Assembly: GCA_963822465.1 (NCBI GenBank)
Contig: CAWGHP010000010.1
Location: 284,149-348,148 of the forward strand
Direction: 5' to 3'
Source: an uncultured Gammaproteobacteria bacterium
GTDB taxonomy: Bacteria; Pseudomonadota; Gammaproteobacteria; Xanthomonadales; Rhodanobacteraceae
Length of the DNA stretch: 64,000 bases
Made by a program: the position numbers and the translations under genes. The notes beneath the pieces were generated by a model. The model did not search any database, had not been told where the DNA came from, and was given only the letters and a program-made list of their open reading frames with translations. Shown piece by piece: positions 1-10,649 of the stretch (within the stretch, counting starts at the first letter, position 1; each line of letters opens with the position of its first letter).

Positions 1-841
1 CGCCAAGCTGGCGTTCGAAGCGCTCGCTGCCGCCTGCACTGATACTGACGATCGCGCGCGTGACCGGTGCGTAGCGCTGGCCGAACGCACGCATCAGCTT
101 GCCGCGCTGGAAGTCGTCGTAACGATCCGATTTGTTGAGGGCGAGGATCAGCGGCTTGCCGAATCCTGCCAGCCAGCGCAGTTCGGCATCCTGTGCGCGG
201 GTCAGGTCGGAGTCGACCAGGTAGATCACCGCATGCGCGCGCAGTGCCTCGTCGCGCGCCAGCTGTTCACGCTGGTTGCCGGAGACTTCACCGGTACCCG
301 GCATGTCGGCGAGCACGAGTTCGCGGCCGTCCGGCAACCCGCCCTTGTAGTGGCGTACCCAGCGCGTGGTGCCGCCGGTGACGTCGATTTCAGGTGCCGG
401 CTCGCGGGTCAGGCGACTGATCAGGCTCGATTTGCCGGTGCTGATCTCGCCAAACAGCGCTACATGGCATTCGCCGCTCAGGCGACGGCGGTCGAGTTCG
501 ACGAGTTCCTGCTCGAGGCCCTGGGCTTCGGCCTGGCGCTCGCGCAGCGCGGCGAGGCGGGCCTCGACCGATTCGCGGCTGGGCAGGTTGGCCGGTTTGC
601 CGCGCGCGGGCTTGCGCCGGGACGGCCGCAGCAGCTTCCAGGCCAGCACGGCCAGGCCCAGCAGCGCGGCGGCGGCGACGAGGATCAGTGGCGCGCGGAC
701 CAGCAAGGGCAGGCTGGCCAGGCGCTCGTAGAACTCGAGCAGGCTGTTGACCAGGCTGATTCCGAGGCCGAGCAGGACCAGCGCGGCGACGACGAGCAGT
801 GCCAGCAGGATGAAACGCAGGGGCAGGCGGGATTGCGACAT
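1..841 (-). CDS. P-loop GTPase with N-terminal membrane anchor (C-terminal part lies beyond the window start)
   Basis: Not in the ORF track because it runs off the edge. My own translation from ATG 841-839 gives MSQSRLPLRFILLALLVVAALVLLGLGISLV... with two hydrophobic helices. G1 is GEISTGKSS, G3 is DMPG and G4 is NKSD. Codon usage is GC3-rich like the neighbouring genes. Confidence 0.7.
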   Translation of the reverse strand, partial: MSQSRLPLRFILLALLVVAALVLLGLGISLVNSLLEFYERLASLPLLVRAPLILVAAAALLGLAVLAWKLLRPSRRKPARGKPANLPSRESVEARLAALRERQAEAQGLEQELVELDRRRLSGECHVALFGEISTGKSSLISRLTREPAPEIDVTGGTTRWVRHYKGGLPDGRELVLADMPGTGEVSGNQREQLARDEALRAHAVIYLVDSDLTRAQDAELRWLAGFGKPLILALNKSDRYDDFQRGKLMRAFGQRYAPVTRAIVSISAGGSERFERQLG

Positions 842-934
842 CGAACAATTCTATCCTGAGCCGCGCTCCGCCCGCGCTGGCCGGACGCTCTTCCGGCATG
901 GCACCATCGGCCCGGAATGGCTCAGGAATGCACA

Positions 935-3900
935 ATGAGACGATTCGCGGCCTTCGTTTCCGGCATCTTGCTGGCGGGCGCGCTGATGGCCGGGCCGCCG
1001 CCGGCGGCGCCCTGGTTCGAGGTGCTGCGCGTGGCCGATGGCCTGCCTTCGAACGAGATCTACGCCCTGCGCCAGGGCGCCGATGGCTACATCTGGATCG
1101 GCACGCGCGACGGGCTGGCCCGCTACGACGGCGTCGATTTCCGCGTCTGGCGACATGATCCGGACGACGCCGCCACGCTGGCCAGCAACGACGTTTCCGC
1201 CCTGCTCATCGACCGCCGCGGGCGGGTCTGGTGCGGTGGCGAGGCGGGCGGCCTCAACGAGATGCTGGACGACGGCGGGTTCCGCCGCTACCGGCACGAC
1301 AAGGACGATCCCGGCAGCCTGAGCAGCGACGACGTTTTCGCCATCGCCGAGGACGCGGCCGGCACGATCTGGGTCGGCACTTACCTCGGCGGCCTCAACC
1401 GCCTGCGCGACGATGGCCGTTTCGAGCACATCGAATACGACGCGGATGATCCGGCCAGCCTGCGCTCGACCACGGTCATCGCACTGGCCGCCGATGCCGC
1501 GGGCCGGCTCTGGATCGGCACCGACGACGGTCTCGACGTGCGCGGTGCGGACGGCCGCATCACGCATGTCGACCTGCCGATGTTCGCCGGCAAGGCCGAC
1601 AAGCTGCAGATCGGCAGCCTGCGCCCGCAGGCCGACGGCAGCATGCTGGTCGGCACCGACCATGGCGTCGTCCGCGTGTCGCCCGGACTCGCCGTCGCCG
1701 GGCAGGTCTTTGCGCCGCCTTCGCGCATGCCGACGATGGCCATGCTGGCCGAATCCGGTGGCGATTTCTGGATCGGAACGACCGCCGGACTGTGGCGTCT
1801 CGATGCCGATGGCGAGCAGCGTTTCGGCGGTGGCGATGCCTTGCCCGGCGACCTGCCTTCGACGCGCGTCATGGACATCCTGCGCGATCGCGAAGGCGGC
1901 CTGTGGATCGCCCTGCTCGATGGCGGCATCGCCCGCTTGCCGGCGCGCTGGCGCAACTTCTCGGTCTGGCGCCATCGTCCGGGGCAGGAAGACAGCCTGC
2001 AGCATGCCGTTTCCGATGCGGCCAGTGTCGACAGCGAAGGCGCCATCTGGGTCAGCAGCGCGCGCGATGGCATCGACCGCATCGATCCGGTCCGCGGCAC
2101 GGTGGAACGCTTCGGTGCGCGCCTCGACGTGCAGGGCAGCCCGCTGCGTTCGCTGCTGCACATCGGCAATCATCTCTGGGTGGGCCACTACCGGGGGATC
2201 CGGCGCTATGCACTGGATGACCACGGCCATGTCGAGTTGCCGGTCGCCGAGGACTCGCCGACGGCGCTGCCGCGTGGCTACGTCAACCGCCTGCTGCAGG
2301 CGCCCGATGGCGGCCTCTGGGCCAGCCTGCGCGGTGGCGGCGTCGCCCACATCGATCCGGCGACCCTCGCCATACGCGGTTATTCGGTGGCGACCGCGAC
2401 CCTCGGCAGTGCCGACATCACCGGCATGGTCCTCGACGGCCAGTCCGATCCCTGGATATCGACCAGCGATGGCGTCGAACGCTACAACCGGGCCGGCGAC
2501 CGTTTCGAGCGCATGGCCGGTGCTCCCGGTGAAGCGGTGCAGGCGCTTGCGTTCGACGCCGACGGCTCGCTCTGGCTGCACCGGCTCGGTGCGCTCGAAC
2601 GCTTCGAGCTCGAGGCGGGCAGGCTGGTGCGCAGGGCAAGTTTCGCCAGCGCCGAGGGTTGGCCCGCCATGCAGGTCAGCGATCTGCATGTCGGCGCCGA
2701 TCATTCGGTCTGGGCGGCCAGCCAGCGCGGGCTGTGGCGCGTCGACGGGCGCAGCCATGCCGTTCGCCAGTTCAGCGAGCGCGACGGATTGCCGAGCGCG
2801 GAACTGATCGGCGCCTTTGCCGTCGCCGGCGACGGCGTCGTCTATGCCAACACGCGCTCCGGCCTGGTCGGTTTCGACCCGCGGGCGATTTCGCTCGAAT
2901 CCCCGCCGCCGCCCCTGCAGGTGTCGGGACTCACGGTGCGTCGCGACGGCAACGTGATCGGCCTCGACGCACGCCAACCCGTGCGGCTCGGCTATTCCGA
3001 CCGCGACCTGACGATCGAGGCGCGCGTGCTCTCGTTCCTCAATCCGGGTGGCAACAGCTACCGGTTCAAGCTCGATGGCTTCGACAAGGACTGGGTGGAC
3101 ACCGGCGCGCGTGGCGAACGCGTCTTCTCGCAGTTGCCGGCCGGCGACTATCGCCTGCGGGTGCAGGCGGCGAATGCCGATGGCATCCGCAGCGAGACCA
3201 TCGAGTCGGTGCCGATCACGGTGGCCGCGGCGCCGTGGCGGACGCCGGGCGCCTACCTGGCCTATCTGGTGGCGGCGGCGCTCGGCGTGCTGCTGGTCCT
3301 GCGTGCCTGGCGCCATCGCGTCGACCAGCAGCATGCCGTGGCGCTCGCCGAGGAACAGCGTCGCGCCGCCGAACAGCTGGCCGAGGCCAAGTCCGCGTTC
3401 CTCGCCAACATGAGCCACGAGATCCGCACGCCAATGACGGGCGTGCTCGGCATGGCCGAGCTGCTGCGCGCCACCGAACTCGATGAACGCCAGCGTGGCT
3501 ATGCCGAGGCGATCAGCCGTTCGGGCGATCTCATGCTGCGCCTGGTCAACGACAGCCTCGACCTCGCCCGCATCGAAGCCGGCAAGCTCGAGCTCGACCG
3601 GCGCGCCGTGGATCCCTCGCAGGTGGTTCGCGAAGTCGTTGCGCTCGAAGCGCCGCTGGCCGCGAAGAAGGGCCTCGTCCTGCTGTCGGACATCGGTGGA
3701 TCGGTGCCGCGCTGGGTCAATGGCGATGCGCTGCGCATCAAGCAGGTCCTGCTCAACCTGATCAGCAATGCGATCAAGTTCACCGAGCGCGGAACGATCC
3801 GGCTGGATCTCGGCAATGCCGCCGACGGCGCCCTCGAGTTCACCGTCAGCGATACCGGGCCGGGCATGAATGCCGACATGCAGGCGCGCCTGTTCGGGCG

Positions 3901-4549
3901 CTTCGAGCAGTCCGCGGGGGTGACGCCGCGCCACGGCGGGAGCGGACTCGGCCTGGCGATCTGCCACGAGCTGGTCGAGCTGATGGGCGGCAGCATTGAC
4001 GTAGAAAGCCAACTGGGCGAGGGCTCGCGCTTCACGATCCGCCTGCCGCTCGTCGAAGTCGAGGCGCCCGTTCGCGACGCGACGACGCCACGGCGCCGCT
4101 CAGGCGACCGCGAACCGCTGTCATCGCCCCGCACCGATGCAAGGCAACGCGGCGCCCATGTGCTCGTGGTCGAGGATGACGCAACGATTGCCCAAGTCAT
4201 CCTCGGCATGCTCGGATCGGCTGGCCATCGCACCACGCACGCCGCGCACGGCCTCGCCGCATTGGCGGCCCTGGAGCAAGCAGGCATCGACCTGGCCCTG
4301 GTCGATCTCGACCTGCCCGGCATCGACGGATTGCAACTGGCGCGCCTGTTGCGCGAGCGTGAAGGCACCCAGGGTGGCCATCTGCCGTTGATCGCGATCA
4401 CCGCACGCTCAACCGGCAATGAGGAAGAACAGGCGCGCGAGGCGGGCATGGACGGCTTCCTGCGCAAACCGCTGGGCGCACGTGCGCTTGAAGCCGCGAT
4501 GGCGCCGTGGCTGCCCGCGAAGGATCCGCCAGAAAGCGCGCCGGCCTGA
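935..4549 (+). CDS. hybrid sensor histidine kinase/response regulator with periplasmic two-component-regulator propeller and Y_Y_Y-type region
   Basis: ORF 917..4549. The likely start is [19 protein letters not shown] (signal or anchor). Repeated blades follow the pattern G..WIGT..GL.R. TM segment is [19 protein letters not shown]-box is [12 protein letters not shown]; ATPase boxes are [15 protein letters not shown] and GSGLGLAI. The receiver is HVLVVEDD...[11 protein letters not shown]. Confidence 0.9.
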   Translation: MRRFAAFVSGILLAGALMAGPPPAAPWFEVLRVADGLPSNEIYALRQGADGYIWIGTRDGLARYDGVDFRVWRHDPDDAATLASNDVSALLIDRRGRVWCGGEAGGLNEMLDDGGFRRYRHDKDDPGSLSSDDVFAIAEDAAGTIWVGTYLGGLNRLRDDGRFEHIEYDADDPASLRSTTVIALAADAAGRLWIGTDDGLDVRGADGRITHVDLPMFAGKADKLQIGSLRPQADGSMLVGTDHGVVRVSPGLAVAGQVFAPPSRMPTMAMLAESGGDFWIGTTAGLWRLDADGEQRFGGGDALPGDLPSTRVMDILRDREGGLWIALLDGGIARLPARWRNFSVWRHRPGQEDSLQHAVSDAASVDSEGAIWVSSARDGIDRIDPVRGTVERFGARLDVQGSPLRSLLHIGNHLWVGHYRGIRRYALDDHGHVELPVAEDSPTALPRGYVNRLLQAPDGGLWASLRGGGVAHIDPATLAIRGYSVATATLGSADITGMVLDGQSDPWISTSDGVERYNRAGDRFERMAGAPGEAVQALAFDADGSLWLHRLGALERFELEAGRLVRRASFASAEGWPAMQVSDLHVGADHSVWAASQRGLWRVDGRSHAVRQFSERDGLPSAELIGAFAVAGDGVVYANTRSGLVGFDPRAISLESPPPPLQVSGLTVRRDGNVIGLDARQPVRLGYSDRDLTIEARVLSFLNPGGNSYRFKLDGFDKDWVDTGARGERVFSQLPAGDYRLRVQAANADGIRSETIESVPITVAAAPWRTPGAYLAYLVAAALGVLLVLRAWRHRVDQQHAVALAEEQRRAAEQLAEAKSAFLANMSHEIRTPMTGVLGMAELLRATELDERQRGYAEAISRSGDLMLRLVNDSLDLARIEAGKLELDRRAVDPSQVVREVVALEAPLAAKKGLVLLSDIGGSVPRWVNGDALRIKQVLLNLISNAIKFTERGTIRLDLGNAADGALEFTVSDTGPGMNADMQARLFGRFEQSAGVTPRHGGSGLGLAICHELVELMGGSIDVESQLGEGSRFTIRLPLVEVEAPVRDATTPRRRSGDREPLSSPRTDARQRGAHVLVVEDDATIAQVILGMLGSAGHRTTHAAHGLAALAALEQAGIDLALVDLDLPGIDGLQLARLLREREGTQGGHLPLIAITARSTGNEEEQAREAGMDGFLRKPLGARALEAAMAPWLPAKDPPESAPA

Positions 4550-4576
4550 GCGGGCCCCGGGCGAAGCGCCCCCCGC

Positions 4577-5083
4577 TCAGGGCCGTACGGCAGTAACCTC
4601 GATCTCGACGAGGAAGCCCGGATTGGCCAGCGCGGCGACCTGCATGGCCGAGCGCGCGGGCAGGTTCGGTTGCTCCCTTGTGCCGAAGAACTGCGTGTAG
4701 CCCTTCATGAAGCCGGTGAAGTCCATCCTGCCGTTCGCGGCCGGGTCGCCGACCAGGAACACCTGCATCCTGACGATGTCGCCCATGCCCAGGCCGAGGC
4801 CCTCGAGCTGGTCACGGATGGCGCCGAGCACGGCGACGGTCTGGGTTTCGGTGTTGCCGTACGCGGCCACGCTGTCCTTGGGGGCCTTGGCATCGGCCAG
4901 CGGCGGCACCTTGCCGCTGAGCAGGACCAGGGTCTTTCCCGCGGGCACTTCGACGGCCGCTGCGATCGGGAAGGTGCTGTTGTTGGGCAGCTTGTGGCGA
5001 ACCACATCCTGTGCGGATGCCGTTGCCGGGGCCGCCAGTACGAGGATGCAAGAGAGCAGGATCCTGTTGGCGCGCATGGTCAT
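4577..5083 (-). CDS. RidA/YjgF-family imine deaminase with Sec-type signal peptide
   Basis: Last 168 codons of ORF 4577..5677. ATG at 5083 is preceded by AAGGAGA. Signal peptide is MTMRANRILLSCILVLAAPATASA. The YjgF-like core includes GDIVRMQVFLVG and LVEIEVTAV. The start overlaps the stop of the upstream gene (ATGA). Confidence 0.8.
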   Translation of the reverse strand: MTMRANRILLSCILVLAAPATASAQDVVRHKLPNNSTFPIAAAVEVPAGKTLVLLSGKVPPLADAKAPKDSVAAYGNTETQTVAVLGAIRDQLEGLGLGMGDIVRMQVFLVGDPAANGRMDFTGFMKGYTQFFGTREQPNLPARSAMQVAALANPGFLVEIEVTAVRP

Positions 5084-5550
5084 TCTCCTTCCTGTCGCGG
5101 ATGCAACGCGGCGACTTCGGCCGGCGTGATCGGCGGCTCGTAGTGGTTGCCGAAATGAGTACGAAGATAATTGACGACATTGGCGACCTGGGTGTCGTTG
5201 AGCCAGAGCGGATCGAAGAAGAATTCGAAATCCGTCGGGCGCTCGAACGAGGGCATGTTGCGGCGGCCGTTGAGGATCGTCGCGGCCAGGTAGTTTGCCG
5301 AAGCGATGGCCGGATTGCCGGCGAATGCCGGATAGTGGCCGGCGCCTTGCGCGCCGCGGCCGTCCGGCATATGGCAGCCCTGGCAGACCTGCACAAAGAT
5401 CTGCTCGCCATCGGCAAAGCCGAGCATGCCGTTGACGCCGTCGTGGGCGTCGCGCCGCGCCGCATGCGCTGCAGCGGGCAGCAGCATCGTGGTCGTCAGC
5501 AGCGCCGGCAGGATCGACTTCAGGGACACGCGCAGGGTCGAACATTTCAT
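5080..5550 (-). CDS. monohaem c-type cytochrome (exported)
   Basis: Last 156 codons of ORF 5080..6147. Signal-like N-terminus is MKCSTLRVSLKSILPALLTTTMLLPAAAHA. There is a single haem motif CQGCH and a downstream Met (NMPSF). ATG 5550 overlaps the stop of the oxidase gene (ATGA). Confidence 0.8.
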   Translation of the reverse strand: MKCSTLRVSLKSILPALLTTTMLLPAAAHAARRDAHDGVNGMLGFADGEQIFVQVCQGCHMPDGRGAQGAGHYPAFAGNPAIASANYLAATILNGRRNMPSFERPTDFEFFFDPLWLNDTQVANVVNYLRTHFGNHYEPPITPAEVAALHPRQEGE

Positions 5551-7157
5551 GTCGCGGCTCCCTTTCCGATGGCGCGCTTGTGCAGGCGGTCGATCGCATC
5601 GTGGGCCGAGGTGACGGCGCCTTCCTGCCATGCAGGCAGCCAGGAGGCATGTTCGCCGGCCAGCACGATGCGGCCATCGAATGCGCAGAGATTCCGGTAG
5701 TGCTGCTCGCGGGCCTTTTCCGTCCACAGGCCGAAACAGCCCATCGTGAATGGCGAACGATGCCAGGCCACGGATATGCCGTTGTCGAACTCTGCCGGGT
5801 ACTGCGGATGGATCTGGCTGCCCTGCGCCACGGCGGCCTCGATGCGCTGGGCCGGGCTCATCGCGGTGAATTTCGACGCATTGCTGCCGAACATGTAGGC
5901 CCCGAGCATCACTGCCTTGCCCGGCTCGTTGTAGCCATGGCACGGATAGCTGAGCGTATCGATCGGCAGGTCGGTATAGCTGATGCCGCCGTAGATCGCC
6001 TCGTCCTGCTCCCAGAAGCGGCGCTTGAACTGCAGGCCGATCTTGACCGACGCGGCATAGGGCACGGCGGCGATCGCATCGGCCATGGCCTGGCCGACAT
6101 TCATCGGGATCTGGCCGAGTATCGACAGCGGGATCGTGCAGACGCACCAGTCGGCGCTTGCCTCGCGGCGGCTGCCGGACGTGGCGCCGTCTTCATAGGC
6201 AACGCGCACGCCGTTTTCATCCTGGTGGATGTCGACGACCCTCGCGCGATAGCGGATCAGCCCCTGCAATTCGCGCGCGAACGCCTCGCCGATGCGGCCC
6301 ATGCCGCCAACGGGCTGCAGCAGGGTGCCCTGCATTTCGTAGAGTTCCGCGATCGGCAGGCGGCTCCACAGGCTGTTGTCGAGAACGTCCTTGAGGCCGA
6401 CCGGCGTGGATGGCAGCGGTTCGCCGGAGAGCCCGCCACCGGGATCGCTGGCGTAGCCGCGCCGGTCGCTGCTGTCGCGATTGCGGCTGTACCTGTAGTT
6501 CCTGTCGAGGGCGCCCCACCATTGCAGGGAAGCCAGCAGCTTCTGCTGGTCCTCCTGGCTCATGGGCGCGTCGAGCCTGCCGTCCTGGGTGGTCTTGGCA
6601 AGCAGTTCGGCGACGTTGCCGTGGTAGTCGGCGAGCACTTCACGGTAGCGTTGCGGCTTGCCGCCTGGCGCGGAACTCTTGTGCAGCCAGGCGTTGTAGT
6701 TGACCTGGACGAAATTCTCGAGCGGGATCCCGAACTGGCGGCAGTAGCCGAGGATGCCGCGATGGTGATGCGGCAGGCGCCACGGACCGGGATTGAGATA
6801 GAGCCCCGGCGCGAAATCGCATTGCTGGGTCGCGCCGCCGAGCTCGGTGTAGCGGTCGCCGCCGCGCAGGCTCCAGTTGCGGCCGCCGGCGCGCTCGTTG
6901 TACTCGAGGACCTGCACCGCGTAGCCGGCCTTTCTCAGTTCGTAGGCCGCGACCATGCCGGCGATGCCGGCGCCGAGCACGAGGACCGTTGCGCCCTTCG
7001 GCGCCTGGCCGAGTTGCGGCATGCCGGTGAAGCCCGATTCGGCGGCGAATCCGAGGCTGGTCATGGCCTGGTACATCGCCGCACTGCCGGCCGCCATGCC
7101 GATCATGCGCAATACCTGGCGCCGCGTGATCACGCCGTTCCCGGTCACGTCATGCAT
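5547..7157 (-). CDS. flavin-containing amine oxidase family protein with twin-arginine signal
   Basis: ORF 5547..7196. The preferred start MHDVTG at 7157 sits behind GGAGGGGG. Tat motif is TRRQVLRMIGMAAGSAAMYQA. FAD fingerprint is VLVLGAGIAGMVAAYEL...LEYNERAGGR. Confidence 0.85.
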   Translation of the reverse strand: MHDVTGNGVITRRQVLRMIGMAAGSAAMYQAMTSLGFAAESGFTGMPQLGQAPKGATVLVLGAGIAGMVAAYELRKAGYAVQVLEYNERAGGRNWSLRGGDRYTELGGATQQCDFAPGLYLNPGPWRLPHHHRGILGYCRQFGIPLENFVQVNYNAWLHKSSAPGGKPQRYREVLADYHGNVAELLAKTTQDGRLDAPMSQEDQQKLLASLQWWGALDRNYRYSRNRDSSDRRGYASDPGGGLSGEPLPSTPVGLKDVLDNSLWSRLPIAELYEMQGTLLQPVGGMGRIGEAFARELQGLIRYRARVVDIHQDENGVRVAYEDGATSGSRREASADWCVCTIPLSILGQIPMNVGQAMADAIAAVPYAASVKIGLQFKRRFWEQDEAIYGGISYTDLPIDTLSYPCHGYNEPGKAVMLGAYMFGSNASKFTAMSPAQRIEAAVAQGSQIHPQYPAEFDNGISVAWHRSPFTMGCFGLWTEKAREQHYRNLCAFDGRIVLAGEHASWLPAWQEGAVTSAHDAIDRLHKRAIGKGAAT

Positions 7158-7235
7158 GCGCTTCCCCCTCCCCGAGTCGGGCGAGTGTAACGCCAAATCC
7201 GGCGCCGCTGCTGCCGGCGGGCCTGCGCTGCCGGC

Positions 7236-8294
7236 CTACTCGGGCGCTTCGACGAGGTAGCCGCGATCGCGCAAGCGGGCCAGCAATCCGTCCGCTTCGA
7301 GCAAGTGCCGCACGGGCAGGACGGCGAAGCTGCTCGGGTTGCGCGCCAACGTCGATTCGGCGGCATCGAGCCAGACCCTGGCGATGCGCTCGCGCAGGTC
7401 GCCGAGGCCGCGTTCCTCGGCGACGCTGGCCTTGAGCACGGCATCGCTGCACGCCTGGAACTGGTCGTCGTAACCGAAGCTGCGCAGCGCCTCGACATCA
7501 CCGCTGGCCCAGGCATTGGCGCGCAATTTCATCGCCTCGATATCGGTTTCGAGACGGGTCATGGTTTTCGCGAAGCAATCGATATCGTCGAGCTCGGATT
7601 TCTTGAACTCGCGGACTGCGGCACGGGCCGATTCGATGCGCAACTCGATACGCGGTTCGACGATCGCGACCTTGTTGCGCCGCGCGGCCTTCTTCACCAC
7701 CTTGCCGACCACGTCATCGAGCGACATGCCCGAATCCTTGATCGCCTCGACGAACAGTTCCTGCGAGGCAAAGATCGGCCGGCGCTTTTCGATGCCGTTG
7801 TCGCGGCCGATGTAGCGGGCCTTGAGCACGACCCAGCGCGCATAGAGTTCGGCCGGCACGACGTCGGCGAGGCGGGCGTCGTCAGGATTGTTGCGTGCGC
7901 CGATCAGCGAGGGCAGCAGGAACAGCCCGCCCAGCATGCCGCCCTTGACGTTGATCGAAGCGCCGGGGCTGAGGATGACTTCCTGCGAAGCGGCAATCGT
8001 GGCCTCGACATCGCGCGAGATCCATTCCATCTTCCTTGGCAGCGGGTTCAAGGTACCGAGTATCCAGAGGACATGTTCGCCCTTGCTCACCTTCCACATG
8101 CCCGGGCCCGGCTGCTCGCCGCTGACGACGACCGTCTGCAGGATCGAAACTTCGGGATCCGCCGACTCCTTCGCGGTTTCGTCGGCGGCGCCGGAAAGTG
8201 GCGCGGCCAGCAGCACCAGCATCAGCAACATTCTGCGCATCGGCAGGAACGCCCTGCATGCGATGGCGAGGAACGACAGCAAAGGGGAGGTCAT
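7236..8294 (-). CDS. TraB/GumN family protein (exported)
   Basis: ORF of 352 aa. Signal is MRRMLLMLVLLAAPLSGA (alternative start at 8240). The family-typical motif MWKVSKGEHVLWILGTLNPLP is present. Confidence 0.75.
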   Translation of the reverse strand: MTSPLLSFLAIACRAFLPMRRMLLMLVLLAAPLSGAADETAKESADPEVSILQTVVVSGEQPGPGMWKVSKGEHVLWILGTLNPLPRKMEWISRDVEATIAASQEVILSPGASINVKGGMLGGLFLLPSLIGARNNPDDARLADVVPAELYARWVVLKARYIGRDNGIEKRRPIFASQELFVEAIKDSGMSLDDVVGKVVKKAARRNKVAIVEPRIELRIESARAAVREFKKSELDDIDCFAKTMTRLETDIEAMKLRANAWASGDVEALRSFGYDDQFQACSDAVLKASVAEERGLGDLRERIARVWLDAAESTLARNPSSFAVLPVRHLLEADGLLARLRDRGYLVEAPE

Positions 8295-8297
8295 TCT

Positions 8298-9344
8298 TCA
8301 GCGACGGCCGAATTCGTGCACGGCGTCGACCAGCACGGCGACATGCGCCGGGTCGATGTCGGGCGTGATGCCGTGGCCGAGGTTGAAGACATGGCCGGGG
8401 CCCTGGCCAAAACTTGCGAGGGTTGCCTTGACCTCGTCGCGGATCGCCTGCGGGTTGGCGGCGAGGGTCGCCGGATCGAGGTTGCCTTGCAGGGCAACGC
8501 GCGAACCGACGCGTTCGCGCGCTTCGGACAGGCGGATCGTCCAGTCCAGCCCGAGTGCATCGCAACCGCTGTCGGCGAGTCCTTCGAGGTGGCCGTTGGC
8601 GCCCTTGGAAAAGAGGATCAGCGGGATGTCGCGCGTGGCCGGATCGGCCTTGAGCGCCCGTGCGATCACGGTCAGGTAGCGCTGCGAGAATTCGACGAAC
8701 GCGTCGGGCGAGAGCATGCCACCCCAGGTGTCGAACACCATCAGCGCCTGCGCGCCGGCGGCGGCCTGTGCGGCGAGGTAGGCGCTGACCGCGCGTGCAT
8801 TGATATCGAGCAGGTGATGCAGCGTTTTCGGGTCGTCCCACATCAGCGCCTTGGCGCGCGAGAAGTTCGATGAACCGCCGCCTTCGATCATGTAGCAGGC
8901 CAGCGTCCACGGGCTTCCGGAAAAGCCGATCAGGGGCACGCGATCGGCCAGCTCCCTGCGGATCAGGCGCACCGCATCGGTGACGTAGCGCAGCTCCGCT
9001 TCGGGATCGGGCACGCCGAGTTTCATGATCGCCTCGCGCGTGCGCAGCGGGTGGTGGAACTTCGGGCCTTCGCCCTCGATGAAATGCAGGCCGAGTCCCA
9101 TCGCGTCGGGAATCGTGAGGATGTCGGAGAACAGGATCGCCGCATCGAGGGCGAAGCGGTCGAGCGGCTGCAGGGTCACCTCGCAGGCCAGCTCGGGGGT
9201 CTTGGCCAGGGCGAGGAAGCTGCCGGCGCGTTCGCGCGTGGCCCGGTACTCGGGCAGGTAGCGACCGGCCTGGCGCATGATCCAGACGGGCGTGGTGTCG
9301 ACAGGCTCGCGCTTGAGCGCGCGCAGGAAGCGGTGATCGGTCAC
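8298..9344 (-). CDS. hemE: uroporphyrinogen decarboxylase
   Basis: C-terminal 348 codons of ORF 8298..10298. GTG start at 9344 lies behind GGAG. Diagnostic N-terminus is [33 protein letters not shown]. Confidence 0.9.
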   Translation of the reverse strand: MTDHRFLRALKREPVDTTPVWIMRQAGRYLPEYRATRERAGSFLALAKTPELACEVTLQPLDRFALDAAILFSDILTIPDAMGLGLHFIEGEGPKFHHPLRTREAIMKLGVPDPEAELRYVTDAVRLIRRELADRVPLIGFSGSPWTLACYMIEGGGSSNFSRAKALMWDDPKTLHHLLDINARAVSAYLAAQAAAGAQALMVFDTWGGMLSPDAFVEFSQRYLTVIARALKADPATRDIPLILFSKGANGHLEGLADSGCDALGLDWTIRLSEARERVGSRVALQGNLDPATLAANPQAIRDEVKATLASFGQGPGHVFNLGHGITPDIDPAHVAVLVDAVHEFGRR

Positions 9345-9358
9345 GGGAACTCCAGGGA

Positions 9359-10318
9359 TTATCTTGCGATTTCGCTTTGCAGCAGGCCGATGCGGTGCGG
9401 CCAGCCCGAGGTGATGGCGGCATTCGCCGGCAGCGTGGAGCGCGCGGCGCGCGCGGCGTCGAGGTCGTCGAACTCGGACCAGCACAGGCTGTACCAGTCG
9501 CCGTCCGGCATGCCGAGCTTGAGCAGGTAAAGCCGGCCGGGTGTGCCGCCCATGTCCGTGACCAGCGCATCGAGCGTGGACGGATCGCGCACGCTGGCCA
9601 GCACCAGGGTGTAGTGGCCGGCCGGCAGGCGGCTGAACTCGGCCGCACCTGGAAGATCCTGCCGTGGCATCGGCGCAACTGTCGAGTCCTGGGTGGCGGC
9701 CGCGGGCATCGGCGCTGCGGCAGGTGGCGTGGCCTCCCGGGCGGCTGCACGTGGGACCGCCGCTGCGGGAGCCGGCGATTGCGGCAGGGCGGAAGCGGAC
9801 GGCGAGTCGGGCGCGGACGGCGCTTCCGCAGCGGCCTGCGCTGGCGCTGGCGTGGACGGTTCGGTTGGCTTCCGTGCGGCCGCGGCGCCGGAATCGGGCG
9901 CACTTTCCGGCGCACTGGCGGATTGTGCGCCGCTCGTTGGGGCGGGTTGCGGATTGCCCGAGGGAGCGCGCGGCTCTGCCGGCACAGCAGTCTCCGCGGC
10001 CGGCGACTGGCGCAGGTAGTTGGGCAGCTTGCTGGCCGCGGGTGCGGGTCGCGGGCGTGCCGCGGCGCCCGTGGCAGGCGCGGGATCCGGTGCAGCCGCC
10101 GGCGCAGCCACGGGAGCGGGCACAGGCGCGGCCTTCCGGACCTCGGTCTTCGCGGGCTCGGCCAGTTCGCCTGTCGCCTTGTCCCGGCAATCGAAGGATT
10201 GCCCGTCGGCGGAGGGCTCGCAGACCCGCTCGGTTCCCGGTTCGAAGGCGGTACCGGTCGCGGCCAGGCCCAGGCCGAGGCCGATCAGGATGCAGCACAG
10301 GGCCTTCCTAGTGCGCAT
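9359..10318 (-). CDS. SPOR domain protein (DamX-like), Pro/Ala-rich linker
   Basis: N-terminal anchor, then a long low-complexity PA-rich region. The C-terminal SPOR-like segment is [18 protein letters not shown]...[24 protein letters not shown]. It sits where damX sits after aroK-aroB in enterics. Confidence 0.8.
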   Translation of the reverse strand: MRTRKALCCILIGLGLGLAATGTAFEPGTERVCEPSADGQSFDCRDKATGELAEPAKTEVRKAAPVPAPVAAPAAAPDPAPATGAAARPRPAPAASKLPNYLRQSPAAETAVPAEPRAPSGNPQPAPTSGAQSASAPESAPDSGAAAARKPTEPSTPAPAQAAAEAPSAPDSPSASALPQSPAPAAAVPRAAAREATPPAAAPMPAAATQDSTVAPMPRQDLPGAAEFSRLPAGHYTLVLASVRDPSTLDALVTDMGGTPGRLYLLKLGMPDGDWYSLCWSEFDDLDAARAARSTLPANAAITSGWPHRIGLLQSEIAR

Positions 10319-10568
10319 GGGAGTTGTCCATTCCCTGGCTGAACATCACGCGGAAGCCGCGCTTGACCTGCGAATCGCGCGCCTTTTCGAACGCCGCCAG
10401 GGCGCTGTCGCGATCGAGATAGACCTCGCGCTTGAGGCTCGAGCGCGCGCCCTGCTGGCCCCATTCGCGATACAGGGTCCAGCCGCCGAGCAGGTCCTGC
10501 TGCAGCGATAGCTGATAGAAGCGGGGCGATTCGGACTCGTCCGGCCGTGTTTGCATGTAGATGCGCAT
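10308..10568 (-). CDS. stand-alone WGR domain protein
   Basis: 86 aa. The sequence RFYQLSLQQDLLGGWTLYREWGQQGARSSLKREVY...ALAAFEKARDSQVKRGF matches the WGR pattern (W-G-R triad region). Confidence 0.75.
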   Translation of the reverse strand: MRIYMQTRPDESESPRFYQLSLQQDLLGGWTLYREWGQQGARSSLKREVYLDRDSALAAFEKARDSQVKRGFRVMFSQGMDNSHAH

Positions 10569-10649
10569 GCCTTGATTTTAACGCGCAATGGCCGTGCTGC
10601 GCTGCATCCGCATGGCTGACCGGTTGCCGCAGCCGCTGCGATCGACCGT

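Noticed and set aside
851-4012. 1053-aa minus-strand ORF antisense to the hybrid kinase. Similar giants occur at 7882..9915-, 23550..25373-, 31373..33367-, 36806..38560+, 39519..41642+ and 55211..58474-.
   Set aside because: Their composition is dominated by Arg, Ala, Gly and Pro with no recognisable motifs. Each lies opposite a gene with clear family signatures. These are typical shadow ORFs of high-GC DNA.
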